A DNA stretch of 64,000 nucleotides from Hemiscyllium ocellatum (taxonomy: Eukaryota): assembly GCF_020745735.1 (NCBI RefSeq), contig NC_083414.1, positions 13,454,001-13,518,000 on the forward strand, given 5' to 3'. A program made the translations under genes and the position numbers. Under the pieces are notes generated by a model, which saw nothing but the letters and a program-made list of their open reading frames with translations, had not been told where the DNA came from and did not search any database. Of the stretch, positions 52,131 to 64,000 are shown in pieces; position 1 is the stretch's first letter, and each line of letters opens with the position of its first letter.

Positions 52131-54639
52131 TGGACCTTCTAGTTCCTTTTACTGGGTAAATGGACTATGTGACATGATACTCAGATCCACAGATTGCTCA
52201 CATCCTTGTGTCCATTACAAGCTGGACTTAATTAATTGATCTCAATGTCAAAGGACAGCTGCTGAACTGAAAAAGAGAGGAGATTTTGATTCTGATTGTA
52301 TTCCAACTGCTGGTTAGCATTCATATAGTTTCATGAAAGGGCTGTTGGGGTAGAGTGTGAAATGTGAATCAGGAAACCTGGATTCCCTGTCAAAGGTGTC
52401 TCATAACATGCCCAAACAGGGGGTTGTCCTAAAGTAATTGTTGAATGTCTATGAATTTGGCCTCAGACTTGGTTCTCCTGTTCTGCCCTGTTAAACTAAT
52501 GGCCAATACTCATTGTCTTGGTTTTTACGCAAAGACAATGCACAGAAATAAAGGGAAAGGTCACTCAGCCCCTCAGACCTGTCTGACTATTCAGTTTCCT
52601 ACATCTTAATTCTGTCTATTCTCCTCACTTCATAAACTCTTACTCAATTGAAACCACATTTTCGCATCCCCATTTACTGACAGGCACTGGAGGGTTAATA
52701 AAAACATCTGACACCTAGTCAGAGGGCCAGGTGAAGGACAAGAAAATCGTCTGGGATATGGATTAAAAATTTGAAAGGGAAGAACGGAAATCCCATTGGC
52801 TACCTTACTTCACTCCTTCCCTTTAGTTTTTTTAATTAAAAAAATCCACAATTTAAAAATCGCCAAAAAATCAAATTGCTCAAAAAGTAAATTCAGAGTT
52901 GCTTCCAACAATGTAATTTAATATTTAACACTATAGGTCATTGCAGACTCAGAAAGGGACTGTAGGTACAAAATAACAGGACACAGAAATAGCCAACTAA
53001 AATAAGCGATAATCTGTTGCCAAATCAAATGTTAATTATTAACAGAGTACTGGTCACCACTGGAATGTTAAACTTTTTCGAAAAAAAATCCGGATCCAAA
53101 CTTATTCCAGACTTATTCCACACATCTAGAACTGCGAAATGGGCGTTTAAAAGCTGCCAGCTCTTGTTAGTAAAGGGACTTTGGAAATTTAGCACCTGGG
53201 TGTCAGTGAAGGTTTGAGTCTTCGCTTTGAGCTTCGCCTTGCGCTCCATCTGGAAACTCTTATCCCTTTAATGTTTCTGCTGCAAAACGGCCAATGTGCA
53301 ACTGAATCGGAGCAACCGGCCCTTGGCTCATGCTCTTACCTATGGTCCAGCGATGGCTGGCCGCTATCAGCGAAACTGAACCACCATCTCCACTGCGCGG
53401 GACAAAGAGGCTATCGGCTCGTATGTGGAATTATAAGGGTTGGACAGATACATCCTGCCCCCCACCCCTCAATCCCACCACCTATCTGTCATCTTCCCAG
53501 CTCCACCTCCTCCTCGCAGGCTGGAGCAGCTCCTCCTCTCCCCACCAACTTTACTTCCCTCAGAGGGGTTTTCAAAGCCAAATTATTTAATTATTAAATG
53601 GTATAGAGAAGATGGTTCATGGTTGGGGAGGAAAAGGGGTTGGGCGTGAGACCAAAACAGTTTATGAATATGCAGTACATAAAACATAGAACAATGCAGC
53701 ACAGGCTTAATGAATATCCAGAGCACAGAACAATGAAGCGCAGGAACAGGCCCTTCAGCCCTTCTTGGTACCATTCTAAACTAATCCTAAAATAATCCTG
53801 TTCCTGTAGTAAATAAGGACTCGTTTGTAAATCCTGTTCATGTATCAAGAACCAAATGATGCAGACTTAAAGCAGTTATAGGAAGCAACGGCAACATGAG
53901 CCAAGTGCAGGTAAATGGGATTAGTATGGTTTGATGGTTTGTTGGTCATCGCAGTTTTAGTGGGCCGAAAGGCCGGTTTCTATGCTCTATGACTCGATGA
54001 GGAACAAATGTGTGGCTGAGGCAGTGCTTCCAAAACTTTTATTTCCTACTGTGATCCCACTTTGGGGCTTGAAATTGTCAAGGAGGGAGAAGACCCATGA
54101 GGGGAGGGGGTTCAACCTTTGCAAAATTCTATTCAACTTGTGAACCCCACTTGGTGTCCTGGCTCCATGCTCCCACTTTGGCAAGCCCTAGGTTAGAGAC
54201 TTCCATGCACTGGCTGAGTGTGTGCTGGCAACAGATTCAATCAAGACATCCAATAAGGGATCACGGTTATCTGAAATAGAACGATGCCAGGGCTGTGACG
54301 AGAAAGGATTGGGGAAAGCACTGGGAGAATTTCTCCTTCAGAGAGTTAGCACAGACATGAAAGGCCAGTTAATCTCCTTCTATGCTGTAATTGTTATGTG
54401 AATCTATAAGGAATTCAGAACTTTTTCTTTTACCCAGACACACGGTCATATGGATCTCACCACCATAAGAAATAAGTTGAAGTGAAGAGTAATTTGTATT
54501 TACATGGAAGCTGGATAAACATGTGGGAGAAAGGAAATGGAAGTTACATTCATTGGGTTAGATGAATTCACTTGGGAGTAGATTTTCATTAAGTATAAAT
54601 GCTGGCTTGGACCAGTGGGCACAATGGCCTGCTTCTCTT

Positions 54640-57552
54640 AGAGTCATGGAGTCATAGAGATGTACAGCATGGAAACAGACCCTTCAGTCCAATCTGTCCA
54701 TGCCTACCAGATATCCCAACCCAATCTAGAGCCACCTGCCAGCACCCGGCTCATATCCCTACTATTCATATACCCATCCAAATGCCTCTTAAATGTTGTA
54801 ATTGTACCGGCCTCCACCACTTCCTCTGGCAGCTCATTCCATACACGTACCACACTCTGTGTAAAAACATTGCCCTTTAGGTCTCTTTATATCTTTCCCC
54901 TCTCACCCTAAACCTATATCCTCTAGTTCTAGACTCCCCGAGCCCAGGAAAAAGACTTTACCTATTTACCCTATCCATGCCCCTCATAATTTTGTAAACC
55001 TCTATAAGGTCACCCCTCAGCCTCCGATGCTCCAGGAAAAACAGACCCAGCCTGTTCAGCCTATCCCTTTGGCTCAAGTTCTCCAACCCTGGAAACATCC
55101 TTATAAATCTTCTCTGAACCCTTTCAAGTTTCACAGCATTTTTCCGATAGGAAGGAGACCAGAACTGCATGCAATATTCCAACAGTGGCCTAATCAATGT
55201 CCTGTACAATCGCAACATGACCTCCCAACTCGTGTATTCAATACTCTGACCAATAACGGAAAGCATACCATATGCCTTCTTCACTATCGTATCTACCTGC
55301 GACTCCACTTTCAAGGACTCTTTGTTCAGCAACACTCCCTTGGACCTTACCATTAAGTGCATAAGTCCTGCTAAGATTTGCTTTCCCAAAATGCAGCATC
55401 TCGCATTTATCTGAATTAAAGTCCATCTGCCACTTCTCTACCCATTGGCCTATCTGATCCAGATCCTGTTGTAACCTGAGGTAACCCTCTTCGCTGTCCA
55501 CTACACCTCCAATTTTGGTGTCATCTGCAAACTCTTATGCTCGCATCCAAATCATTTATGTAAATGACAAAATGTAGGAGACCCAACATCGATCCTTGTG
55601 GCACTCCACTGGTCACAGGCCTCCAGTCTGAAAAACAACCCTCCACCACCACCCTCTGTCTTCTACCTTTGAGCCAGTTCTGTATCAAAGTTTGTGAGAC
55701 GTAATTTCCCACGCACAAAGCCACGTTGACTATCCCTAATCAGTCCTTGTCTTTCCAAATACACGTATCTCCTGTCCCTCAGGATTCCCTCCAACAACTT
55801 GCCCACCACTGACATCAGGCTCACTGGTCTATAGTTCCCTGGCTTGTCTTTACAGCCCTTCTTAAACAGTGATACCACGTTAGCCAACCTCCAGTCTTCG
55901 GGCACCTCACCTGTGACTATCGATGATACAAATATCTCAGCAAGAGGCCCAGCAATCACTTCTCTAGCTTCCCACAGAGTTCTCGTGTACACCTGATCAG
56001 GTCCTGGGGATTTATCCACTTTTACCCGTTTCAAGACATCCAGCAGTTCCTCCTCTGTAATGTGGACATTTTGCAAGATGTCACCATCCATTTCCCTACA
56101 GTCTATATCTTTAATATCCTTTTCCGCAGTAAATAATGATGCAAAATACTCATTTAGTATCTCCTCCATTTTCTGCAGCTCCACACAAAGGCCGCCTTGC
56201 TGAACTTTGAGGGGGCCCTATTCTCTCCCCCGTTTCCCTTTTGTCCTTAATGTACTTGTAAAAACCCTTTGGATTCTCCTTAATTCTATTTGCCAAAACT
56301 ATCTCATGTCCCTGTTTTGCCCTCCTAATTTCCCTCTTAAGTATACTCATACTTCCTTTATACTCTTCTAAGGATTCACTCACTCTCTCCTGTCTATACC
56401 TTACATACACTACTTTCTTTTTCTTAACCAAACCCTCAATTTTTTTAGTCACCCAGCATTCCCTATACCTACCAGCCTTTCCTTTCACCCTGACAGGAAT
56501 ATACTTTGTCTGGATTCTCGTTATCTCTTTTCTGAAGGCTTCCCATTTTCCAACCGTCCCTTTACCTGCGAACGTCTGCCTCCAATCAGCTTTCGAAAGT
56601 TCTTGCCAATACCGTCAAAATTGGCCTTTGTCCAATTTAGAACTTCAACTTTTAGATCTGGTCTATCCTTTTCCATCACTATTTTAAATCTAATAGAATT
56701 ATGGTCGCTGGCCCCAAAGTGCACCCCCACTGACACCTGTCACCTGCCCTGCCTTATTTCCCAAGAGTAGGTCAACTTTTGCACCTTCTCTAATAGGTAC
56801 ATCCACATACTGAATCAGAACATTGTCTTGTACGCACTTAACAAATTCCTCTCTATCTAAACCTTTAACACTATGGCAGTCCCAGTCTATGTTTGGAAAG
56901 TTAAATTCCCCTACCATAACCACCTTATTATTGTTACAAATAACTGAGATCTCCTTACAAATTTATTTCTCCCTCTGACTATTAGGGGGTCTACAATACA
57001 ATCCTAATAAGGTAATCATTCCTTTCTTGTTTCTCAATTCCACCCAAATAACTTCCCTGGATATATTTCCAGGAATATCCTCCCTCAACACTTTGGAATG
57101 CTATCCCTTATCAAAAATGCCACCCCCACCCCCACCTTCCTCTCTTGCTACCCTTTCTATCCTTCCTGTAGCATTTGTATCCTGGAACATTAAGCTGCCA
57201 GTCCTACCCATCCCTGAGCCATGTTTCTGTAATTGCTTAGATATCCCACTCCCATGTTCCTAACCATGCCCTGAGTTCACCTTCCTTCCCTATTAGGCCC
57301 CTTGCATTGAAATAAATGCCGGTTAATTTATTATTCCTACCTTGTTCCCTGCCTGCCCTGACTGTTTGACTCGCTTCTGGTCTCAACTGTACCAGTCTCG
57401 GATTAATCTCTTTCCTCACTATCTCCCGGGGGGTCCCCCCCGCCCCCAACTCCCCCCCCACCCCCAAACCTTACGAGTTTAAATCCTCCCAAGCAGCTCT
57501 AGCAAATTTCTCTGCCAGTATATTAGTCCCCTTTCAATTTAGGTACAATCGG
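54640..57552 (-). mobile_element. Longest CR1 LINE: end of ORF1, APE endonuclease, RT, 3' end; frameshifted with internal deletions
   Basis: YFNARGL, MVGEFNFPNIDW, SDHNSIRF, DKSPGPD, NYRPVSL, SGVPQGS, LEYCMQFWSP in order. Confidence 0.93.
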
Positions 57553-57652
57553 TTGTGTGGATTTGTCAATAAGGAAAACACTAGATTATTCAATCCATCT
57601 TGGCGTCCCAGACATGTTTCAGTACTGTAAATTCTGTGTTAAAATAAATATC

Positions 57653-57872
57653 GGAGCCGAAAATGTGTTGCTGGAAAAGCGCAGCAGGTCAGGCAGCAGC
57701 CAAGGAGCAGGAGAATGGACGTTTCGGGCATGAGCCCTTCTTCAGGATGAAAAATGGCTCATGCCCGAAACGTCGATTCTCCTGCTCCTTGGATGCTGCC
57801 TGACCTGCTGCGCTTTTCCAGCAACACATTTTCAGCTCTGATCTCCAGCATCTGCAGTCCTCACTTTCTCCA
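57653..57872. mobile_element. Fold-back family A PLE terminus
   Basis: Arms ~57654-57736 and 57756-57838; ~33 nt tail; imperfect TSD aaaataa(a/g)tatc; minus-strand hammerhead core with broken stem I. Confidence 0.85.
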
Positions 57873-58457
57873 AAAAATAAGTATCAACAAGTTCAAGGAG
57901 CATATGACAGAGTAGATGTAGAAAAAATATTCTCTGTTGCAAGTAAACCATTGAGTAGAATTAAGTGGATTTTAAAAAATTGACAAAGATGTGGAGAGGT
58001 GAGAGAAAATGTTTTTCATGCAGAGCATTGACAGAATCTGGAATCCTCTATTTGAAAAAGTGATGCAAGCTGATTCTAACAATAAGGTTAAAAGGGATTT
58101 CGTCAATTAGTTGAGAATGTGGAACTAGCAGGAAAGACAAGAAGCAGGAGCAGGGATGAGAGCAAAAGCCAGAACAGGCATAATGGACTGATTGGCCTCC
58201 TTATGTGCTGTAAATTTTAACGATTCCATGAAGGGCTAGATGCAATAAACTAGATATGATGGAAATACTCAATAAGACAGACAGAATACCATAGAGAAAG
58301 AAAGTTAAAACTTAAAGTGAACCTTTTGTTTTCATTTGGGAAAGTGAGAGATGGAGCAGGTTTTTCAGCAATCCCAAGGGCAGGACAATTTGCAGCAGAT
58401 GGTGGGACACTGCTAATGGCACTAGACTAACAATCCATTGGCCCAGGCTAATGCTAG

Positions 58458-58870
58458 GATGCAGAATCTGGAGTGTCAGATTTGAGAAGTGTGGTGCTGG
58501 AAAAGCACAGCCAAACAGGAAGCATCCAAGGAACATGAGAGTTGATATTTCAGGCATAAGCCCTTCATCAGGAATGTGGAGGGGGAAGGGTCTGAGAGAT
58601 AAATAGAGGGGTTGGGGTGGGGCTGGGGTAAAGGCAGGTGGGAATTCCCATTCTAAATGATGACTTAACAATCCAGGTTTGTTCAATATATTATTTCAGT
58701 CGCATGAACTGTAATCTTTTGCTTTCAATTCTGTGTCTTATGATCTTATGCTCCTGATGAAGGAGCAGCGCTACAAAAGCTAGTGCTTCCAAATAAATCC
58801 GTTAGACTATGTCCTGATTTTATGACTTTTAACTTTGTTCACCCCAGTCCAACACCCCACTCCACATCAT
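58458..58870. mobile_element. Decayed PLE termini: family A (minus, ~58458-58645) and family C (plus, ~58648-58870)
   Basis: Eroded hammerhead cores at 58541-58576 (-) and 58751-58786 (+). Confidence 0.65.
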
Positions 58871-59351
58871 TAATAACAAAAGAAATTGAGATACAGGTAA
58901 AAGGAGTGACAATTGGTTTGATATTACCAAAAAAAAGCAAAATATATAACTAGAAAAGCTCTAAATGGGAAAATGCATAATCATCACTTATGAATGCCAT
59001 TTAAGATAATGGAGTTGAGGTTATAATTTGAAATTGATTAACGAAATGCTGAAGGTTGTAAAGTAACCTGATGAGAAAGATATGAAACTGTTCCTCAGTC
59101 TTATGTTTGAACTTCAGAGAAAAGTCATGACATTCCCCAAAGAACTGTGAAGTGTAAACTCTGGAAAACTGAGGTCAGTATTGAAGTGGAGAATTAAAAT
59201 AAACAAGGACATCAGAACTTGCACGTTGCTTAAAAAAAGAGACATGTTGCTGAAGCTTTTTATCTTGTGCATGCATCAGGACAAATGGAAGAATGCCAAA
59301 TTTCAAATGGTCTTCATACTACAGAAGAAGGATTGGTTGGCAAGCTCATAC

Positions 59352-60390
59352 TAGAGAAAGTGAGGACTGCAGATGCTGGAGATCAGAATCGAAAAGTGTG
59401 GGTGCTGGAAAAGCACAGCTGGTCAGGCAGCATCCAAGGAGCAGGCTAGTCAACATTTCGAGTGCAAGCTCTTCATCAGGAGTAAGGTGGTGGACCAAGC
59501 GGGTTGAGAAATAAATGAAAGGGAGGTAGGGCTTGGGAAAGATAGCTGGGAATATGATAGTTAGATGGAAGTGTGGGGTGATGGTGATAGGTTGGAAAGA
59601 AGGGTGGAGCGAATAGGTGGGAAGGAAGCCGGACAGATAGGACAGTTCAAGAGGGCAGTGCCAAATTGGAAGGTTGGATTTGAAATAAGGTGTGTCGGGG
59701 TGGGGGAGGGAAGGAAATGAAGAAACTGGTGAAATCTACATTGATCCTGTGTGATTGGAGGGTCCCAAGGCACAAGATAAGGCATTCTTCCTCCAGGTGT
59801 TGGATAGCTAGAGTTTGGTGGTGGAGAAAGCCCAGGACTTGCATGTCCTTGGCTAAGTGTACAGCCACAGGGCAGTGGGGTTGTTTAGTGCATGTGTTCC
59901 AGAGATGTTCTCTGAAATGTTGTGCAAGTTAGCACACTGTCTCCCCAATGTACGGGAGCCCACGCAGAGAGTAACACACACAGTGGACGATGTGTGTGGA
60001 AGTACAGGTAAATCTCTGTCAGATGTGGAAGGATGCTTTGGGCGTGCGAGGGAGGTGAGAGGGGAGATGTGGGCACAGGTTTTGCATTTCTTGTGGTGGC
60101 AAGGAAAGGTGTTGGGAGTGGAGGGTGGGTGGATGCGTGGGGACTGTGGACCCTACACGGGAGTCATGGAAGGAATGGTCTCTGCAGATAGTGGTGAGGA
60201 CTGAAATATATCCTTGATGGTGAGATTTGTTTTTAGTTGGTGGAAATGGTAGAGGATAATGTGTTGTGCCCCCCCCCCCAATAATCTCTTAGCTCCTTTG
60301 GGCTACCCCCTCATTCCTGATGAGCTTATGCTGTCGACTGTCCTGACGGGCTATGCTTTTCGAGCACCACGTTTTTTGACTCTGATTCTA
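59352..60390 (-). mobile_element. Decayed Neptune-type PLE with an inverted terminus at its 5' side
   Basis: Homologous to 21050-21920 (KDMQVLGFLH..LEEECLILCLGTLQ); eroded hammerheads ~59450-59482 (-) and ~60313 (+). Confidence 0.8.
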
Positions 60391-61104
60391 GTTGGCCAAA
60401 TGAGGATGCAAATGATGAAAAAGTATTTAGGCAAAAAAAAATTCAATAAAGCATTAAAGTGACAAAAGGAAGGAAAGTGTGTAAAATGGAAAAGCACTGT
60501 CATCACCCAGGGTGGCCCTCTAGCGGATTTGCCCCTCAGGAAGATGGCGACCGAGTCGGCTCCGGAACATCGAACACACATGCGCAGTAAGTAGAGGCCG
60601 GTCTCCCTGACAACCAAGGCTGGGTATTATGGGTAACATCATACGGACATCCAAAGGTGGTTGACGTCATGGTCATTTACGTGTGGAATGTTTTACCTTG
60701 TGAAAAGCCGTCTCGGGACGCCGCCTCCGCCGCTCGGTTGTCATGGAAATGACGGGGGCGTTGCCCGCCATTTCCATGATCGCCCGTCTGCGGGGAGGAT
60801 TGGGCATTATGGGTAGTGGCGGGTTCCCGCCATCCGCGGCTTGGGATCCACAATGCCCCGCGATGAGGGGGAGGGGGCGAAGCGGTTGTGGCCTTTGAGT
60901 CTGGGAGGTGCGTCGCCATTTTGACCGCTGTGTTTAAATATCGAGGGAAGGAAAGAGGGACAAACTTTCTCCTCCCCGGGCGCTGAGAAAAAAAAAATTA
61001 CAGGCGCTTTTCGCAGCTTCTTTCCCCCACCCCCTCCTTTAAAACGTCCCATTCCTTCTATCTTCAACCTACCCTCCCCGCAACCCCGGGTAAGGAAGGA
61101 CGAG

Positions 61105-61265
61105 ATGAAGCTGACGGATAATGTGCTGCGCAGCTTCCGAGTGGCTAAGGTGTTCCGAGAGAACACGGACAAGATCAACTGCTTCGACTTCTCACCTAAC
61201 GGAGAGACGCTCATCTCCAGCAGCGACGATGACTCCATCGTCCTTTACGACTGCCAAGAGGGCAA
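61105..61265 (+). CDS. WDR82: WD repeat-containing protein 82, coding exon 1
   Basis: [54 protein letters not shown]; donor AA/gtgagt. Confidence 0.97.
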
Positions 61266-61359
61266 GTGAGTGATATTACCGCCCGCCGGTTCATTTGTCG
61301 ATGATCCTCTCCTCTCAGGGATGGCCTAGAAACCCCCGGCCTTGATTTTCACACAGACT

Positions 61360-61380
61360 CCCCCCCCCCCCCCCCCCCCC
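61360..61380. repeat. Poly-C run (21 nt)
   Basis: Direct observation; G-quadruplex-capable on the minus strand. Confidence 0.9.
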
Positions 61381-61933
61381 GAGTTCGGTTCGCGTTGGGA
61401 GGGTGCTGCGGACTGCAGACTCAGTCAGCGAGGAGGAGAAGATTAAAAAAAAAGTTGCCTTATGATTAAATGGTTTTAGGAAGAGGGCAGTCATGCGTTA
61501 GAGGCGGGAAGTTGTGATCTGCAATACCGTAATTGTGGGGGCCAGAGATCATGCTCTTTCATCGTCTCTGATGTTCATTTTTTTTTGTAGCGCAGAACGT
61601 GTCTGCAGGATTCCCTTCCGTAATATTGCAGGTAACAGCCATTTAAGCTGGAAATAATAGCCGGACAATTAAAAATGTTAATAGTTTACCTGAGTGGCCG
61701 AGCACATGCGATAGTTGAGGCAAATACCTTCCATCTTAACAATGAAAATGTTAACTGTATTTTATACATAGGTACAGAGCTGTAAACTGGTCCTTAAAAT
61801 GGGACTCAAAATCTGGGCATGGTTTAGGTCTTGCGGTATCGTAGGTAGTGTCCATTTCTCTGAGGCAGCAGTCTGAATTTGATTCCAATCCCTGAACTTG
61901 TGGTAGAATCCCTAGTTCTGGGCCATTAGGTCT

Positions 61934-61969
61934 ATTCCTGATGAAGGGCTTATGCTCGAAACGTCGAAT
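61934..61969 (+). ncRNA. Intact minimal hammerhead motif in a solo family A terminus (61933-62029), sense in WDR82 intron 1
   Basis: 60 nt identical to 21789-21848. Confidence 0.82.
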
Positions 61970-63311
61970 TCTCTATTCCTGAGATGCTGCCTGGCCTGCT
62001 GTGCTTTAACCAGCAACACATTTGCAGCTAGATTAAAGTCCTCCCTGTTGTGGAGGTGTGCCATTGCATGTTAGAACAGGTTGATTAACAAACATCTAAG
62101 AGAATTATGTTCCAGCTTTATGGGCTATTGCAACATGATGGTTGTGCCCAAAGGTTGAGATCAAAATCCCACAGAGGTTGGATTAAATTATTTTAGAATT
62201 ATGACTTGAGGGAAAAGTTAGAGGCATCAGTATTGAATTTCAGAATTTAAGTCTGAGATTACTGAAATCGCAGCTGTTTTTTGGAGTAAATTTTACACAG
62301 ATTCTCAAAGTAGAAGGGACAAGACTGTAGAATGGTAACCACACAAAGAAGCTGTTTATATTTTAGTACCTTAGGTCTTCTCCTTTGAGAGCTGTATTAA
62401 GTTTTTAAGAAAATTGACTGATCTTTGCGTTGTTTTTGCTGTGGCAAAGTTTTGTGGTCATTAGACATCAGTGTGTAAATGTTGGCAGGTTATTCCATTA
62501 TTGCAGATGGCCTCAGTTCTGTCTGTCTGTTGTTGTTTGTTTATTTTTCCTCCATGCTGAGTTCCAGTCTGTTATAGCTAATTCTGGAAATTTATAACTT
62601 TTATACTAATTTGGGTCACTCAAGTTAATAAAAACTGTCATTTTGACAAAGGGCACTGACTGCTAACAGGAAATGAGTTCTGTTTTGAAATAGTAAATTG
62701 TTTGATCTTCCTCAAGTCAAGTAGAGGGTGTAAGAACTGCTTCAGTAGCTTCTGAGCTGTGCAGTTGACACTTAATATGGTATTGGGGTTTGCCATTCGT
62801 TTTTGTTTTCTTTTCAGTGATAATGCATGCGGTTTGTGATTGTCATTGGTGTCTCTGTTACTGAAGTCAGGTCAGCTGTTAATTAAGTAAGTCATAAGAT
62901 ATCCCTTAGTTGACCTAGTTTGTTCTTTTTTTGGGTGGTCTTGTGACACAACAGTTGTATTTCTAACTCTGGATTGAAGTTCAAGTCCCACTGAACTCAG
63001 GGGTGTGTCCAAAACATGCCTGAGCAGGTTTGTTTCTTTGTGGGTAAAGAAATACTTGACTGCTTTGATAAAATACAGCATTATATGTCAGTTATTTACT
63101 CAATGACATGCAGAAACATGCATTGATGATTTTGTTGCCTTTTCTGATATTTGGGCGCAACTAACTAAGGGAGGCCTTGCAGCTAGACAATGATAAAAAG
63201 GTGGCAAACAACAGTTCTGTGAACTTCCGTGTAACTGTGTTGAGGTTAAGCTGGGCATCTTTTCTGATAAAGCTTAACATCATTTCATGTAATTTTTTTC
63301 TTACCTGTCAG

Positions 63312-63409
63312 ACCAAAGAGGACACTTTACAGTAAGAAGTATGGGGTAGACCTGATCAGATACACACATGCAGCAAATACAGTGGTTTACAGTTCTAACA
63401 AAATCGATG
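63312..63409 (+). CDS. WDR82: WDR82 coding exon 2 (gene continues beyond the window)
   Basis: ctgtcag/A CCA AAG AGG ACA CTT TAC...ATC GAT G/gtaagt encodes [32 protein letters not shown]. Confidence 0.96.
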
Positions 63410-64000
63410 GTAAGTTAGTTTGTGTTGTACAAATCTCCGGCTGTTTAGTTTCTCTTGCTCTGAACTTCTCGAAGACCGGCACATCCTTTTGCATCTGTAA
63501 AATGAGTTGTTGTATAAAGTTTGTATTTATCTGTTACCAGTACATTAACACTTCTACAGAATTAATGTTTTGCATGCTTAATTAAATGTAGTTTTGTAAC
63601 TTTTTGTTTTGTTTGGAAGTTTTGCCAACTCAATGATGTTGGATCCTTTTGTTCTTAGTTTCCCATTTGAAACCTGTGCTTTAGTCCTGCCTGATGATTA
63701 CTGGGAGATAAATGTGCATTTGAGCTTGCAATTTGGTTTTGAAAGCGTGTCAATCTTTTGATTTTATTATTTCAAAAAATCAAATAACTACTAAATTAAG
63801 CTTTATATCGATTGATCTGGAAGTTGAATCAATTTTTGAGGGGGGTAATAAACCAGTAAGAAATAGAGGCATGCTTTTTTTTTTAGGGCATTTGATTTCT
63901 ATACAAAGTTTTGATTGTTCGGATACTGTTTGAAAGGAAGGTAGCCAATCCTTTGCTTCTTTGTCAAAGTGTGCATTGTTTACATGAGCCTTGTCACCAA

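Larger units (their letters stand above)
60500..61620. promoter_or_regulatory. CpG island / probable bidirectional WDR82-GLYCTK promoter
   Basis: High CpG; YY1-like AAGATGGCG at 60541 and CGCCATTTT at 60914; CRE TGACGTCA at 60662-60669; X-box-like GTTGTCATGGAAAT at 60737-60750. Confidence 0.8.

Noticed and set aside
60677-61238. Minus-strand ORFs over the WDR82 promoter and exon 1
   Set aside because: GC-rich and antisense shadow ORFs with no recognisable homology.
63410-64000. let-7g expected in a WDR82 intron
   Set aside because: No TGAGGTAGTAG seen in the window; if present it lies further downstream.
1-64000. CRISPR array, operon or prokaryotic defence system
   Set aside because: Spliced vertebrate genes and dispersed retroelements; no regularly spaced repeats.

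Overview
Vertebrate nuclear DNA, not prokaryotic; no CRISPR, rRNA or tRNA genes seen. The repeat content (HE1-type V-SINEs, Deu-domain SINEs, dense CR1/L2, Penelope-like elements) suggests a cartilaginous fish, probably a shark (inference). Three spliced genes can be reconstructed by hand: TCTA (+, 3 coding exons, 103 aa), GLYCTK (-, 4 coding exons, 544 aa) and the first two coding exons of WDR82 (+), divergent from GLYCTK across a CpG island. Most ORFs in the supplied track are repeat debris. The most striking hidden structure is RNA-level: at least three sequence families of Penelope-like-element (PLE) termini carry minimal type I hammerhead ribozyme motifs (CUGANGA-stem II-GAAA-palindromic ACGU/AGCU-UH). 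There are about a dozen copies in 64 kb, several intact and in sense orientation inside introns of all three genes. Many are fold-back insertions with 12-15 bp target-site duplications and a ~32-38 nt unpaired tail, including an apparently perfect 230-bp palindrome in a GLYCTK intron. PLE hammerheads are a known class; their activity here and novelty in this lineage need testing. All coordinates were read by eye.
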